From contig JBAYMJ010000001.1 of NCBI GenBank assembly GCA_041663565.1, positions 1,259-65,258 on the forward strand: DNA of 64,000 nt, read 5' to 3'. The DNA is from Candidatus Micrarchaeia archaeon. Lineage in GTDB: Archaea; Micrarchaeota; Micrarchaeia; Norongarragalinales; CAINOH01. Positions 42,994-51,773 of the stretch are shown piece by piece. Within the stretch, counting starts at the first letter, position 1; each line of letters begins with the position of its first letter. Below the pieces are notes generated by a model that saw only the letters and a program-made list of their open reading frames with translations, was not told the DNA's origin and did no database searches. A program made the translations under genes and the position numbers.

Positions 42994-45900
42994 TTATCCT
43001 GCAATGAAAGTGAACGCCCCGTTGGGCTTCTGCCCTATAAGCGAGCCGATTATGCCCGGGTCAATCTGCGAAGAGCGCCGGTAAACTGGATACTTGGAAG
43101 TCTCAATCGGCTTCGTGTACGAGTTGAACAACGAGGATATGAACCTAAGGTTGTCCTTCTCGTTGTTGTTATTGGTCACGCCGAGGAACAGGGTGTAGCC
43201 GTTGAGGTTGTCAATCTTTTCAGACCTTGCAAGCGCGACGCAAGTAGGCTTGTAAGTGCCCTTCGTGGCGGATGAATACTGCAACGACGGGCAGAAACTC
43301 GAGTCCAACGTGACGCAAGTGCCATCCTTCGCAACAGGTTCCGATACGGACAAACCATTCTGCGCATAGCAAACCCGCGTCATCGAAGGCTCGTTGAACG
43401 CGCCCGGAAGCACCCAGTCATTGAGCGGCTGTGAATACACGATAAAGTGATTGAGCATCTCGGGGTTCAAGGCCGCCTGCGAAGGCCGGAAGTCGCAGTC
43501 AGTCACGAGCATAATCAGCGCCATGCTTGCAACGCTAGCGACTGACCGCGCAATGGTCCACTTGCTCTGAGCCGCAAGAGTTGACGCTTTGGGAGTAGTG
43601 AGAAGGTCATCGGCGGTGCTCTTGGCAACGATATCCTTGATTACTGCTTCTTCGGGAAGCTTGGCTATGTCAACTTTGCTGATTACTTTGGCATCCTGTA
43701 AAACCTCTTGGCCAGTAACTCCTGTCCCAAGGTTCTCCAATTCGGTAAATGCTTTCTGGTAATCTGCAGTCACACCAGGCACCCCAGAAGGGTCAATGTA
43801 GGTGATAACGTTGTCAATTTGAGCTTGAGTATATTTCATTGTAGTTAGTTCGGTCTGAAGGCTCTTTGCAACTTTCTCCGGCAGACTAGTGTCTTTTGCC
43901 GCAGCGGATTCCAAGTTCAACGCCAATATATCCGCGCGAGCCGGAACAATGTCTATTGTGCTTGCAGCGGTCTTAGTAAGTCCGACAGTATTTGACGACA
44001 AGGTATTCTCAACAACGGATGCACCCAGGAACGTCTTGGACGCATCGTAGATTGCCGTATCAGCATTCGAATCTCCGATTGAAGCAAGCTTGGTTAACAC
44101 GGACTTTAGTGCAGATGTCTGTGCGCTTGATTTCCCAGTAGCAGCCGCCTCTGCCTTGGTAATAGCACTCGAAATGTCGCTGGACAACAAACCCTTAGCA
44201 GATAGGCCATCGCGGATCTTCTGCATCAGGAGAACTTTGTCATCGTAATCGGTAAGGGAATTGAACAACGCAGAATACGCGGTTTTTTTCTGGGCATATG
44301 GGGCTGCGATAAGAGCATCCAAAATGGTCATACCAGCTCCGACGGTCAAAGTATCTGAGAACTTCAGTACGGAAGTGCCGGTGCCAGTCAGACCGTTCAA
44401 GATCTTTTCAGCTACAGTCGCATCGCGAGCATATCCTTTCTGCACAAGTAACCTTGCAGCGACTGACCGTTCATTGAACAGCGCTTGGTATGCCGGCTGT
44501 GCCATCACGCCTATGCCAGCCGCCTTTGTCACTGCGCTGGGGCCGCCGCCACTGCCAAGTGCGTAGTTGGCGCCCGCACCCACGATTGCAGCTCCAATCA
44601 GGAGCTTCTGGTTCTTTATCAGGGTCGTTGCAGTGATGGTATTGCCATGACCTACAAGCTCGGCCCTGAGTCCGGCGACCAGCGCCGCTTGCCCTTGCTT
44701 TCCGGTCATAGCGGCAGTAATATCAATTCCGGGCGGCATCAAAAGCAACGCCTGGGAGCTGAGTGCGTTGGTCATCACGTTAGACATTGAGAGGCAGGCA
44801 ATGTTGTTTGCCTTGTAACGCGGCAAATCGACAAGGAGCTGGGTGGTGGTTGAGGTAATCCCTCCGACCAGCGTTGTTATCGCCTGCGCGGACATCACCC
44901 CGGATGAGGCCAGAAGAACGTCAAGCCCGTAAGTAGCGGTAAGGGTCTCGGCAAGTATCGTCTTGCCCTTGTCGAAGCAGTATGCGTTGTCGTCATAGAG
45001 CGTGGCCCAGCGGATGGTGCGGGAGCTGGTCTCGTCGATGCGGAGCGGCCAGCCGTAGCCTGACTCAAGCAGGAGGTCTGCAGTCTTCATGTCAAGCAGA
45101 CTGGACTCGTTGCGGTAGACGCCGATGCGGAACGTAGCAAAGACGTCGAACTTGAGTGCCTTCTCGAATGCGTGCTTAAGCTCGCCTGCACCTTCAGTCT
45201 GGTTGTCGCCGACTATGAGCTCCTGGTCGTTTCCAAGCAAAAGCAGGGAGTTTGCCAGCGTCTCCTTGCAGGAGTCAATCTTCTCAACAGCTATGTCTAT
45301 CTTGACGTCACTCTTGAACTCCGAGGCGCTTGTGAACGACTGGAGGCCGCAAATCTGGGGCTTGGCTGTGACTTTGTACACCCCGCACCCGTCGAACGCG
45401 GGCATCCCTGCCGTGTTGGTCACGGTCCCGAACTGCTCGCTTGCGATGGAGTTGAGGAAGTCGAAGGTCTGCTTCATGTTCACGACCTGCATGACCATCG
45501 TCTTGGAGTATTCGTTGCCGGTTCCGCGCGACTCGGTGCAGATTGCGTCAAGCCTCTTGGTAAGGCCATCGTCGTCCTTTCCAATGTAGTCTATTACCTG
45601 GCGCATGCCGCCCACGAAGCGCGTGTAGGCGGCAACCGACTGGTCGTAAGTGCAGAAGTGAGTTGTGCAGTCGGCAACCGAGGTCACGCCGTAGTTTGCG
45701 TCAGCTGCTGCGGCCTCAGTAGCGGAAGTGACTGCGGGAGTGGCTGTTGCAGTAGGCGAGGGTGATGCGGTTGGCGAAGGTGTCGCGTCCGCAAAGCTTG
45801 CCGATGCGGGTCCGCCTTGCGCTGCGGAGTCGGCAAAGATTGCAACCGCGTTTTCGGCACCGGCTGCGGATGCGGCCTTCACCGCAGCAACTGTAGCGCG

Positions 45901-48900
45901 CTCAAGTGGAAGCATGTCACCCATCGGCGAGGACGAGTACAGGTTGGTGGCGCTGGTCGAATAGACTATTGCGCGGACTGTTGTGACGTTCACCAGGTCG
46001 CCGGACGTGAAGGTGAACGTGAGCATCGCCTGTTTTCCCTGCACGCTTCCGCTTGCGGAAGTGCATTTCACTTCCGCGACTTCGGAGCGCTTCAGGGTCT
46101 CCGGCACTCCGGCGCAGTCAACCACGGAAGCGTCCGAGGTCTTGAAGGACACGCCCACGTCGTTGGGCCGGTTGTTGACTATGAGCAGGGGCCGCTCGTG
46201 GCCGGAGTTCTTGAACGCGAACACGCGCTTCACCCCGGTCTTCACGTCGGTGATTGCCGAGTCGTAGTTCACGAACACGTCCTTGAGGTAGGCGTCGGAG
46301 ATTCCCATGTCGCGGTTCTCGCACTTGCCTTTCACTATCTTGACCTTGACCGAAATCTCGGGCAGGTTCTTTGAGGAGACGTCCACGCCCGAAAGAGTCT
46401 TCGCGGTGAGCTTGAGCGTTCCGTCGTACTCCTTGCTCTTCACGTCGCTCTTGATGCAGCCGTACGAGTCAAGCAGCGAGTCGGGCACCTTGGCCGTTAT
46501 CGTTAGGGCGCTGCAGGCATTGGCCTTGGACGTGGCTATCACGCCGGAGTGCGAGTATTCGCCGCCGAAGTAGACGTTGTCCTTGGTGATTATGCCGAGC
46601 GGGATGTTGTTGGCTGTCGCGGACACGTTCAGCGACTGGGTAGCGGTGTTGGACACGCAGACAGAGCTGTTGGACACTGAGAGCGCGCCGTCGGTGAGGG
46701 TGAACGTGAGCGTGGACGGCTTGACCGAGAGAGCAGAGCCAGTTGTTGCGGTCACGCCCTGGGTGAGCCTGACCTTGCCCGACTCGGCGTCGGTGCAGGC
46801 GCAGGACGTGAATGTGACCTTGTTGCCGGCGTAGATGTTGACAGCAGTGTAGCCGTTGTCATCAGTGACAACCTCAGTTGCCGCGTCGAATGAAATCGCG
46901 GTCGCCGGCGGGAGGGTGTAGCCGTTTCCGGTGACGATTTGCTGGCACGAGCCGAACTTGACTCCGGTGCCGGTGACGTTCTTCTTTTCGGAGAATTGGA
47001 ACGAGACGTCCGCGCCGAAGGTCGCGCTGTACGAGTCCTTTGCGGACTGCGCGCAGTAGGACACCTGCATCTCTGAATCCGAGGGCACGCTTGCGGCCTG
47101 CGCCAAGCCGTCGCGCGCCACGCTGCTGCCGTCCGGGAGCACTATCTTGTTGGCTGCAGGCAGGACTATCGTGGAGTCGTCCTCGGTCTGAATCTCCAAT
47201 GATGAGCAGTCCGGAAGCGCGGCCTCCTTGGTGCCGGACTCGGTGGTGGTAATCTGCGTCCCTGACGGGAGAGTTATCGTCGAGGACTTCGGGATGTTGA
47301 CGCCGGAAGTGCAGGCCGCTGCCGAGCCCTTGACCTTGAAGTCAACGGCCGCGTTTGCAAGCACCTTGACCGTGAAGCCGGACTGGGTGGTGCCGGTTGC
47401 GTCTTCCGCAAACCTGGCGACTGCAAAGCCTATTGGCGCAAGCCCCGAAAGGGACGTCGTTGACACGCCGACCGTGGAGCCTGCGGGGAACGTGACCACG
47501 TCCTCGCTTTGAAGCGTGAACGAGACCGAGCCGTCCGCGTTGTTCGCACGCTCGTAATAGGAATCTATGTAATAGGTGGTGACGTAGGGCAGGGCGAGGG
47601 TGAACTCCTCCTGCGGCTTGATTATCATAGCCATGCCCGGCGATGCGCTCACTGTCGAGCCGGATGGCGCGGTGACGTAGGGCGCGGTCTTGCTGTCTGA
47701 AAGCGAAGCCCCTCCGAACACGACCCGCGTGGAGTCCTTGTTGGGCTCCTGCACAGCAATCGAGCCGTCCGAGTTCTCCTTTCGCAGGGTCTTTGCGGAA
47801 AGGTCCACCTTCATGCCAAGCGGCATCAGGACGTCAACTGCGTTGTCCGGGGTGCAGTCAACTGACGAATCCAAGTTGAGGGTTACGGGAATCTTGCGCT
47901 CGGAGCGTATGCCGTTTATAGAGGCCACCAAAGTGAGGTTGGTGGTGACCTTGCCGTTGTTCTCCATCACGCACAAGGTCTTGCGGTTGGACGGCATCAC
48001 AGCTGTAATCGTGAGGTTCTGCACGTTGGACTGCTGGCTGGTCTCGTCCTCGCCCGCAAAGACGATTTGACCTGACTCGCCGGGGTTGGGGCCAAGCACC
48101 AGGGATGCCGGAGAGAACGAAAGCCAGTCAGTTGAGGAGTCAAGCTGGTAGTTGACCAGGAGGTTGTTGGTGAGGCTGTTGTACACGTGCAGGTCAGTTG
48201 ACGACTGGTTGTCCGCTCCAAGGGACAGCGTGAGCTCAGCAGAGTCCTCCTCGGTCCCCCAGAACTCCTCGAGCGGCTTCTGGACGAACGCGGAGTTGAC
48301 CTTGAAGGGCATTGTGACGCTCTGGCGCGAGCTGCCTGCGCGCGCCTCTATGATTATGCGGCCCGTGAAGTTCTCCGAAAGCGTGCGGGTTGCCTTTGCG
48401 ACGTCAAGCACGCTGTCAAGTATCCACGTGTCGAACTTGACGTCCTGCGTCGCGCCCGCCTCGAGGGTGAAGCTGGATTCCGAAAGGAGCGTGCCGGTGA
48501 TGCGCGGGCTCTTGTCAAGCACTATTGAGGAGCGGACGTTGACCCCGTTCCCCAAAAGGTTGGAAACGGTGATGGTGTCCGAGTTGCCGGCCTTCGAATC
48601 AACGACCAAGTCGAGTATCTGCGTCGGCGAGACCTCGACTATCTTCTTTGCAGTAACTGGAATCGAGCCGTAAAACTGCGCGTAGCCCGTCGCTGTCACC
48701 GTGAAGTCCGCGCTGCCAATCTTGTCGGGGTTGACTCCCTCGACCAGGTACTTGCCGTCCTTGCCTTCGTTCTCGTCGCCCGAACCGTCGGCCTGGTATG
48801 CGGAGTCGCCGAACACGTCGGCCTTGGAGCCTATGGCGATGTGGGCGCCCTCGATGGGAGTGCCGAAGGCGTCGGTGACAAGGAAAGTTACTGCGTTGTC

Positions 48901-51654
48901 AACAAGCGCGGAAACGTATGACGGCGACACGCCCACGTTCAGCTCGTTGTTGGAGGCGGAGAGTATCCTGCCGGAAAGGTCCATGCTGTTGGCCTGCTCG
49001 CCCTGGTAGTCCGCCTCGATGGAAAACGAGAGTGCGTCGGACACGCGCAGGGCCTTGACCTTGAACTCGGCGTCCACGTTGCCTGAATCGACCGAGACGA
49101 GCGCAAGCTGTCCGTCGTCCTGGTCGGTGATGGTCGCATCGCCGGAAGGCGAGCTGCCCGATACTATAGTGGCGGTCTTCTTTGAATTGGAGATTACGCG
49201 GATGTCGTAGGGCCCGTTCTGGGAGATTGACTTCACCGTGAGCGTGAACTCCTCGGGGACCGTTGCCTCGAAGTTCTTGGAATACTCGCCGCGCGTTGAC
49301 GCGACCTTGGCCTCGAGGCACTGGCTGTCAGCGCACACGCCGCCGAATGAGATTGCGTACTTGGTCACGTTCACCGCGGCAAGCTGCTCCTGGCCCGCCT
49401 TGACGCTGTCGTCGGACGGGTCGCGCAGGGTGCCGTTTGCGGTGGTGTATGCGGTGCGGAAGCCAAAGAGCACGGTGCCGTTCTTGACCTGGCGCGTGGT
49501 GACCTGGACGTAGGCCTCCTTGGTGCCAGCGAAGGACGGGTAGGATAGCTCGGCCCACTTGTACTCTATCGAATTGGAAGCGGAGTCGTAGGCGGTCTCG
49601 ACCGAGCCTGACGCGGAAGAGTTCGCGACAGCGGACGACACGCCATAGGAGTCGCCGCCGGAGGTGGAAGCGTCGGCGCCGCCGTCAAACCCCGAGATGT
49701 AAGCGTCAAGCGCGCTCGCGTCGCCTGTTGTAGTGCCCAACCGCACGTGGAGCGCCGCCTTCGAGAACGCCATGCCCGGCGAATTGAGGAGGAACTTCGC
49801 GTTGTACGTGGTGGACGGCTCAAGCGAGGATGCCTTGTTCCCCGAAAGGTCGTACAGCCCGAGGAACACCGCCTTCACGTTCTCGGCAATTGAGCTTGAC
49901 AGGAGCTCGACCTGCACTTCCTTCTCTACGTTGGGCACCACCTGCACCTGCGCGGACGAGTATGCCGAGTAGCCCGTCGCGGCGACTTTGTAGTAGCCCC
50001 AGCCCTCGAGTACGTTTACTGAGCAGATGCCGTTGATTGTGGTGCACGAGCCGGACTCGGTTGTCGATGCGTCGACAACAGCGCCGGTGATTGCCTTGCG
50101 CGAGAACCTGTCGATTACGCGGAACTTGAGAGTGCCCTGCTGCGGCAGGAGCCGCGCGGTGAGCGTGGTGTAGTTCTTCCCCTCCTCCCCGTCTGCCGTG
50201 ACATCCTTTGAAGATGAATACCCGCTCCTGCCCTTTGAGGACGCGAAGGCATACACCGATGAAAGGGGAACGTCGGAGAAATCAACCGCGCCGTCGGAGC
50301 CAGTAGTGCCTTCGGGCAGGCCCAGCGCTCCGGCATTGCCGAAGAGGGCAACTGACGCGCCTGAGATGAGGCCGTCGGACTCGTCAGTCACCTTGACCCT
50401 CACCTTTGCCGCGTTGTCCTTGGTGGACGACGCCAGCACAAGCTTGCAGTCAGCGCCGGCAGTCAGGGCCATCCCAGTTGGGAGGTACTTTGACTTGTAT
50501 GCGGTGACCCAGTAGGTCTCGGTCGGAAGAAGTGAAAATGATGCAATACCGTCCGCCGCGGTCTTTGCGCTCGACTGCTTCTCGTCATTAAGATAGAGGT
50601 TCACAGTTGCGACGCCCGCCTTGTTTCCCGCCTCGTCAACTATGGAGCACGAAGTCCTTATCGAGCCGTCCGAGCCGGGCTTTGAAAGCGCAATCTTCAC
50701 CGTCTTGAACGCGGGGTCCGCAGTGTAATCAAGCACCGCCTCGTCATAGCCGTCAAGTGACGCCATGAACCGGAACTTGCCGCCCTTCGCAAGCTTGACC
50801 GTCGCCTTGCCGTCGGCGTCCGCAGTCAGGCTGCGCAGAAGAAGGCCCGACTCGGTGATGACTCTGATTGTCGCGCCGCCCAAGGACGCGTTTGCAGCAG
50901 AAGTGGAAAGCTGGACTATGACGTCAACTGTAGTCTCGTCCGCAACGGGATAAAGGTAAATTGAAATCGGCGCCGGGTCCTCGGAGCCCACCTGCAATAC
51001 GGTAGAGTTCTGCGTGTAGCCCTCGGCGTTTGCGATTATCGTGTAGGTGGCCGACTTGGGAAGCGAGAATGTCACGCTCGTGCCCTGCTTCGAGGCTACG
51101 ACGGACAGGAGCGAGTTCTTGACCGAGACCGCGGGGATTGCCGCGCCCTTGACGCCGTCCACGTTCACCGTGATGGTGGCGTTCGCGTTGATGGGCTGCT
51201 CCTCAAGCTTGATTGTCTGCGCGCGCGTCTGAGACTCGGAAATGTCAACTGTCGAGAACTTGGCCTTGTAGTTTGCCGAGCTCACCGAGACGTTGTACGC
51301 GGCAAGGGGAACGTGCGCAAAGACCGCTACCCCATTCGAGTCCGAAAGGTTCTGGAAGGACTGCGTGTGGTCCGCAAGGCTGGTTATCATCACTTCCGCG
51401 CCGGAAATCTCGACTCCGGTAAGGTCGCGGACGTTGATTGTGATGGTGCCCGTCGCGGGGGCCATGTTGGAATAAGCAAGGTAGCCTACTGCGGCGATGA
51501 CGATGATGAGAAGCCCTAGGAAGAACGGAGCGGGCGGGATGCCGTTCTGCTCAAGCGAATCCGACGCGCCGCGCAGCGGCAGGCCCTTCTCGTCGGTCCA
51601 GTCGAGAAACTCCTGCCACCTTGTAGAAAGCCCCTCAAGGAAGTCATCGAGCAT
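42994..51654 (-). CDS. giant surface protein 1 (2886 aa): N-terminal TM anchor, about six CarboxypepD_reg/PEGA-like repeats, large beta-rich body, PT linker, distinct C-terminal ~900-aa module
   Basis: Single uninterrupted 8.66-kb ORF. N-terminus ...EQNGIPPAPFFLGLLIIVIAAVGYLAY. The repeats look like TGTITINVRDLTGVEISGAEVMITS...SDSNGVAVFAHVPLAAYNVSVSSANY. PT linker ATPSPTASPSPTATATPAVTS. The antisense ORFs are all short. Confidence 0.8.
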   Translation of the reverse strand: MLDDFLEGLSTRWQEFLDWTDEKGLPLRGASDSLEQNGIPPAPFFLGLLIIVIAAVGYLAYSNMAPATGTITINVRDLTGVEISGAEVMITSLADHTQSFQNLSDSNGVAVFAHVPLAAYNVSVSSANYKAKFSTVDISESQTRAQTIKLEEQPINANATITVNVDGVKGAAIPAVSVKNSLLSVVASKQGTSVTFSLPKSATYTIIANAEGYTQNSTVLQVGSEDPAPISIYLYPVADETTVDVIVQLSTSAANASLGGATIRVITESGLLLRSLTADADGKATVKLAKGGKFRFMASLDGYDEAVLDYTADPAFKTVKIALSKPGSDGSIRTSCSIVDEAGNKAGVATVNLYLNDEKQSSAKTAADGIASFSLLPTETYWVTAYKSKYLPTGMALTAGADCKLVLASSTKDNAAKVRVKVTDESDGLISGASVALFGNAGALGLPEGTTGSDGAVDFSDVPLSSVYAFASSKGRSGYSSSKDVTADGEEGKNYTTLTARLLPQQGTLKFRVIDRFSRKAITGAVVDASTTESGSCTTINGICSVNVLEGWGYYKVAATGYSAYSSAQVQVVPNVEKEVQVELLSSSIAENVKAVFLGLYDLSGNKASSLEPSTTYNAKFLLNSPGMAFSKAALHVRLGTTTGDASALDAYISGFDGGADASTSGGDSYGVSSAVANSSASGSVETAYDSASNSIEYKWAELSYPSFAGTKEAYVQVTTRQVKNGTVLFGFRTAYTTANGTLRDPSDDSVKAGQEQLAAVNVTKYAISFGGVCADSQCLEAKVASTRGEYSKNFEATVPEEFTLTVKSISQNGPYDIRVISNSKKTATIVSGSSPSGDATITDQDDGQLALVSVDSGNVDAEFKVKALRVSDALSFSIEADYQGEQANSMDLSGRILSASNNELNVGVSPSYVSALVDNAVTFLVTDAFGTPIEGAHIAIGSKADVFGDSAYQADGSGDENEGKDGKYLVEGVNPDKIGSADFTVTATGYAQFYGSIPVTAKKIVEVSPTQILDLVVDSKAGNSDTITVSNLLGNGVNVRSSIVLDKSPRITGTLLSESSFTLEAGATQDVKFDTWILDSVLDVAKATRTLSENFTGRIIIEARAGSSRQSVTMPFKVNSAFVQKPLEEFWGTEEDSAELTLSLGADNQSSTDLHVYNSLTNNLLVNYQLDSSTDWLSFSPASLVLGPNPGESGQIVFAGEDETSQQSNVQNLTITAVMPSNRKTLCVMENNGKVTTNLTLVASINGIRSERKIPVTLNLDSSVDCTPDNAVDVLMPLGMKVDLSAKTLRKENSDGSIAVQEPNKDSTRVVFGGASLSDSKTAPYVTAPSGSTVSASPGMAMIIKPQEEFTLALPYVTTYYIDSYYERANNADGSVSFTLQSEDVVTFPAGSTVGVSTTSLSGLAPIGFAVARFAEDATGTTQSGFTVKVLANAAVDFKVKGSAAACTSGVNIPKSSTITLPSGTQITTTESGTKEAALPDCSSLEIQTEDDSTIVLPAANKIVLPDGSSVARDGLAQAASVPSDSEMQVSYCAQSAKDSYSATFGADVSFQFSEKKNVTGTGVKFGSCQQIVTGNGYTLPPATAISFDAATEVVTDDNGYTAVNIYAGNKVTFTSCACTDAESGKVRLTQGVTATTGSALSVKPSTLTFTLTDGALSVSNSSVCVSNTATQSLNVSATANNIPLGIITKDNVYFGGEYSHSGVIATSKANACSALTITAKVPDSLLDSYGCIKSDVKSKEYDGTLKLTAKTLSGVDVSSKNLPEISVKVKIVKGKCENRDMGISDAYLKDVFVNYDSAITDVKTGVKRVFAFKNSGHERPLLIVNNRPNDVGVSFKTSDASVVDCAGVPETLKRSEVAEVKCTSASGSVQGKQAMLTFTFTSGDLVNVTTVRAIVYSTSATNLYSSSPMGDMLPLERATVAAVKAASAAGAENAVAIFADSAAQGGPASASFADATPSPTASPSPTATATPAVTSATEAAAADANYGVTSVADCTTHFCTYDQSVAAYTRFVGGMRQVIDYIGKDDDGLTKRLDAICTESRGTGNEYSKTMVMQVVNMKQTFDFLNSIASEQFGTVTNTAGMPAFDGCGVYKVTAKPQICGLQSFTSASEFKSDVKIDIAVEKIDSCKETLANSLLLLGNDQELIVGDNQTEGAGELKHAFEKALKFDVFATFRIGVYRNESSLLDMKTADLLLESGYGWPLRIDETSSRTIRWATLYDDNAYCFDKGKTILAETLTATYGLDVLLASSGVMSAQAITTLVGGITSTTTQLLVDLPRYKANNIACLSMSNVMTNALSSQALLLMPPGIDITAAMTGKQGQAALVAGLRAELVGHGNTITATTLIKNQKLLIGAAIVGAGANYALGSGGGPSAVTKAAGIGVMAQPAYQALFNERSVAARLLVQKGYARDATVAEKILNGLTGTGTSVLKFSDTLTVGAGMTILDALIAAPYAQKKTAYSALFNSLTDYDDKVLLMQKIRDGLSAKGLLSSDISSAITKAEAAATGKSSAQTSALKSVLTKLASIGDSNADTAIYDASKTFLGASVVENTLSSNTVGLTKTAASTIDIVPARADILALNLESAAAKDTSLPEKVAKSLQTELTTMKYTQAQIDNVITYIDPSGVPGVTADYQKAFTELENLGTGVTGQEVLQDAKVISKVDIAKLPEEAVIKDIVAKSTADDLLTTPKASTLAAQSKWTIARSVASVASMALIMLVTDCDFRPSQAALNPEMLNHFIVYSQPLNDWVLPGAFNEPSMTRVCYAQNGLSVSEPVAKDGTCVTLDSSFCPSLQYSSATKGTYKPTCVALARSEKIDNLNGYTLFLGVTNNNNEKDNLRFISSLFNSYTKPIETSKYPVYRRSSQIDPGIIGSLIGQKPNGAFTFIAG

Positions 51655-51726
51655 AGATATACGAATTAAATAAGCGTGGCGAGGGTATAAAAAGAATTAG
51701 AGTGGAAGCGCTGCCAAAGGCAAGGG

Positions 51727-51742
51727 GCAGGCAGATGCCTGC
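51727..51742 (-). terminator. short inverted repeat (GCAGGCA-GA-TGCCTGC) just downstream of giant gene 2
   Basis: Read from the sequence, 30-45 nt after the stop at 51774. Weak as a terminator, since the hairpin loop would be small. AT-rich promoter-like sequences for giant gene 1 follow at 51660-51700. Confidence 0.3.
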
Positions 51743-51773
51743 AGCCGCAGCCCGCCGGAACTCCGCCCCGATT

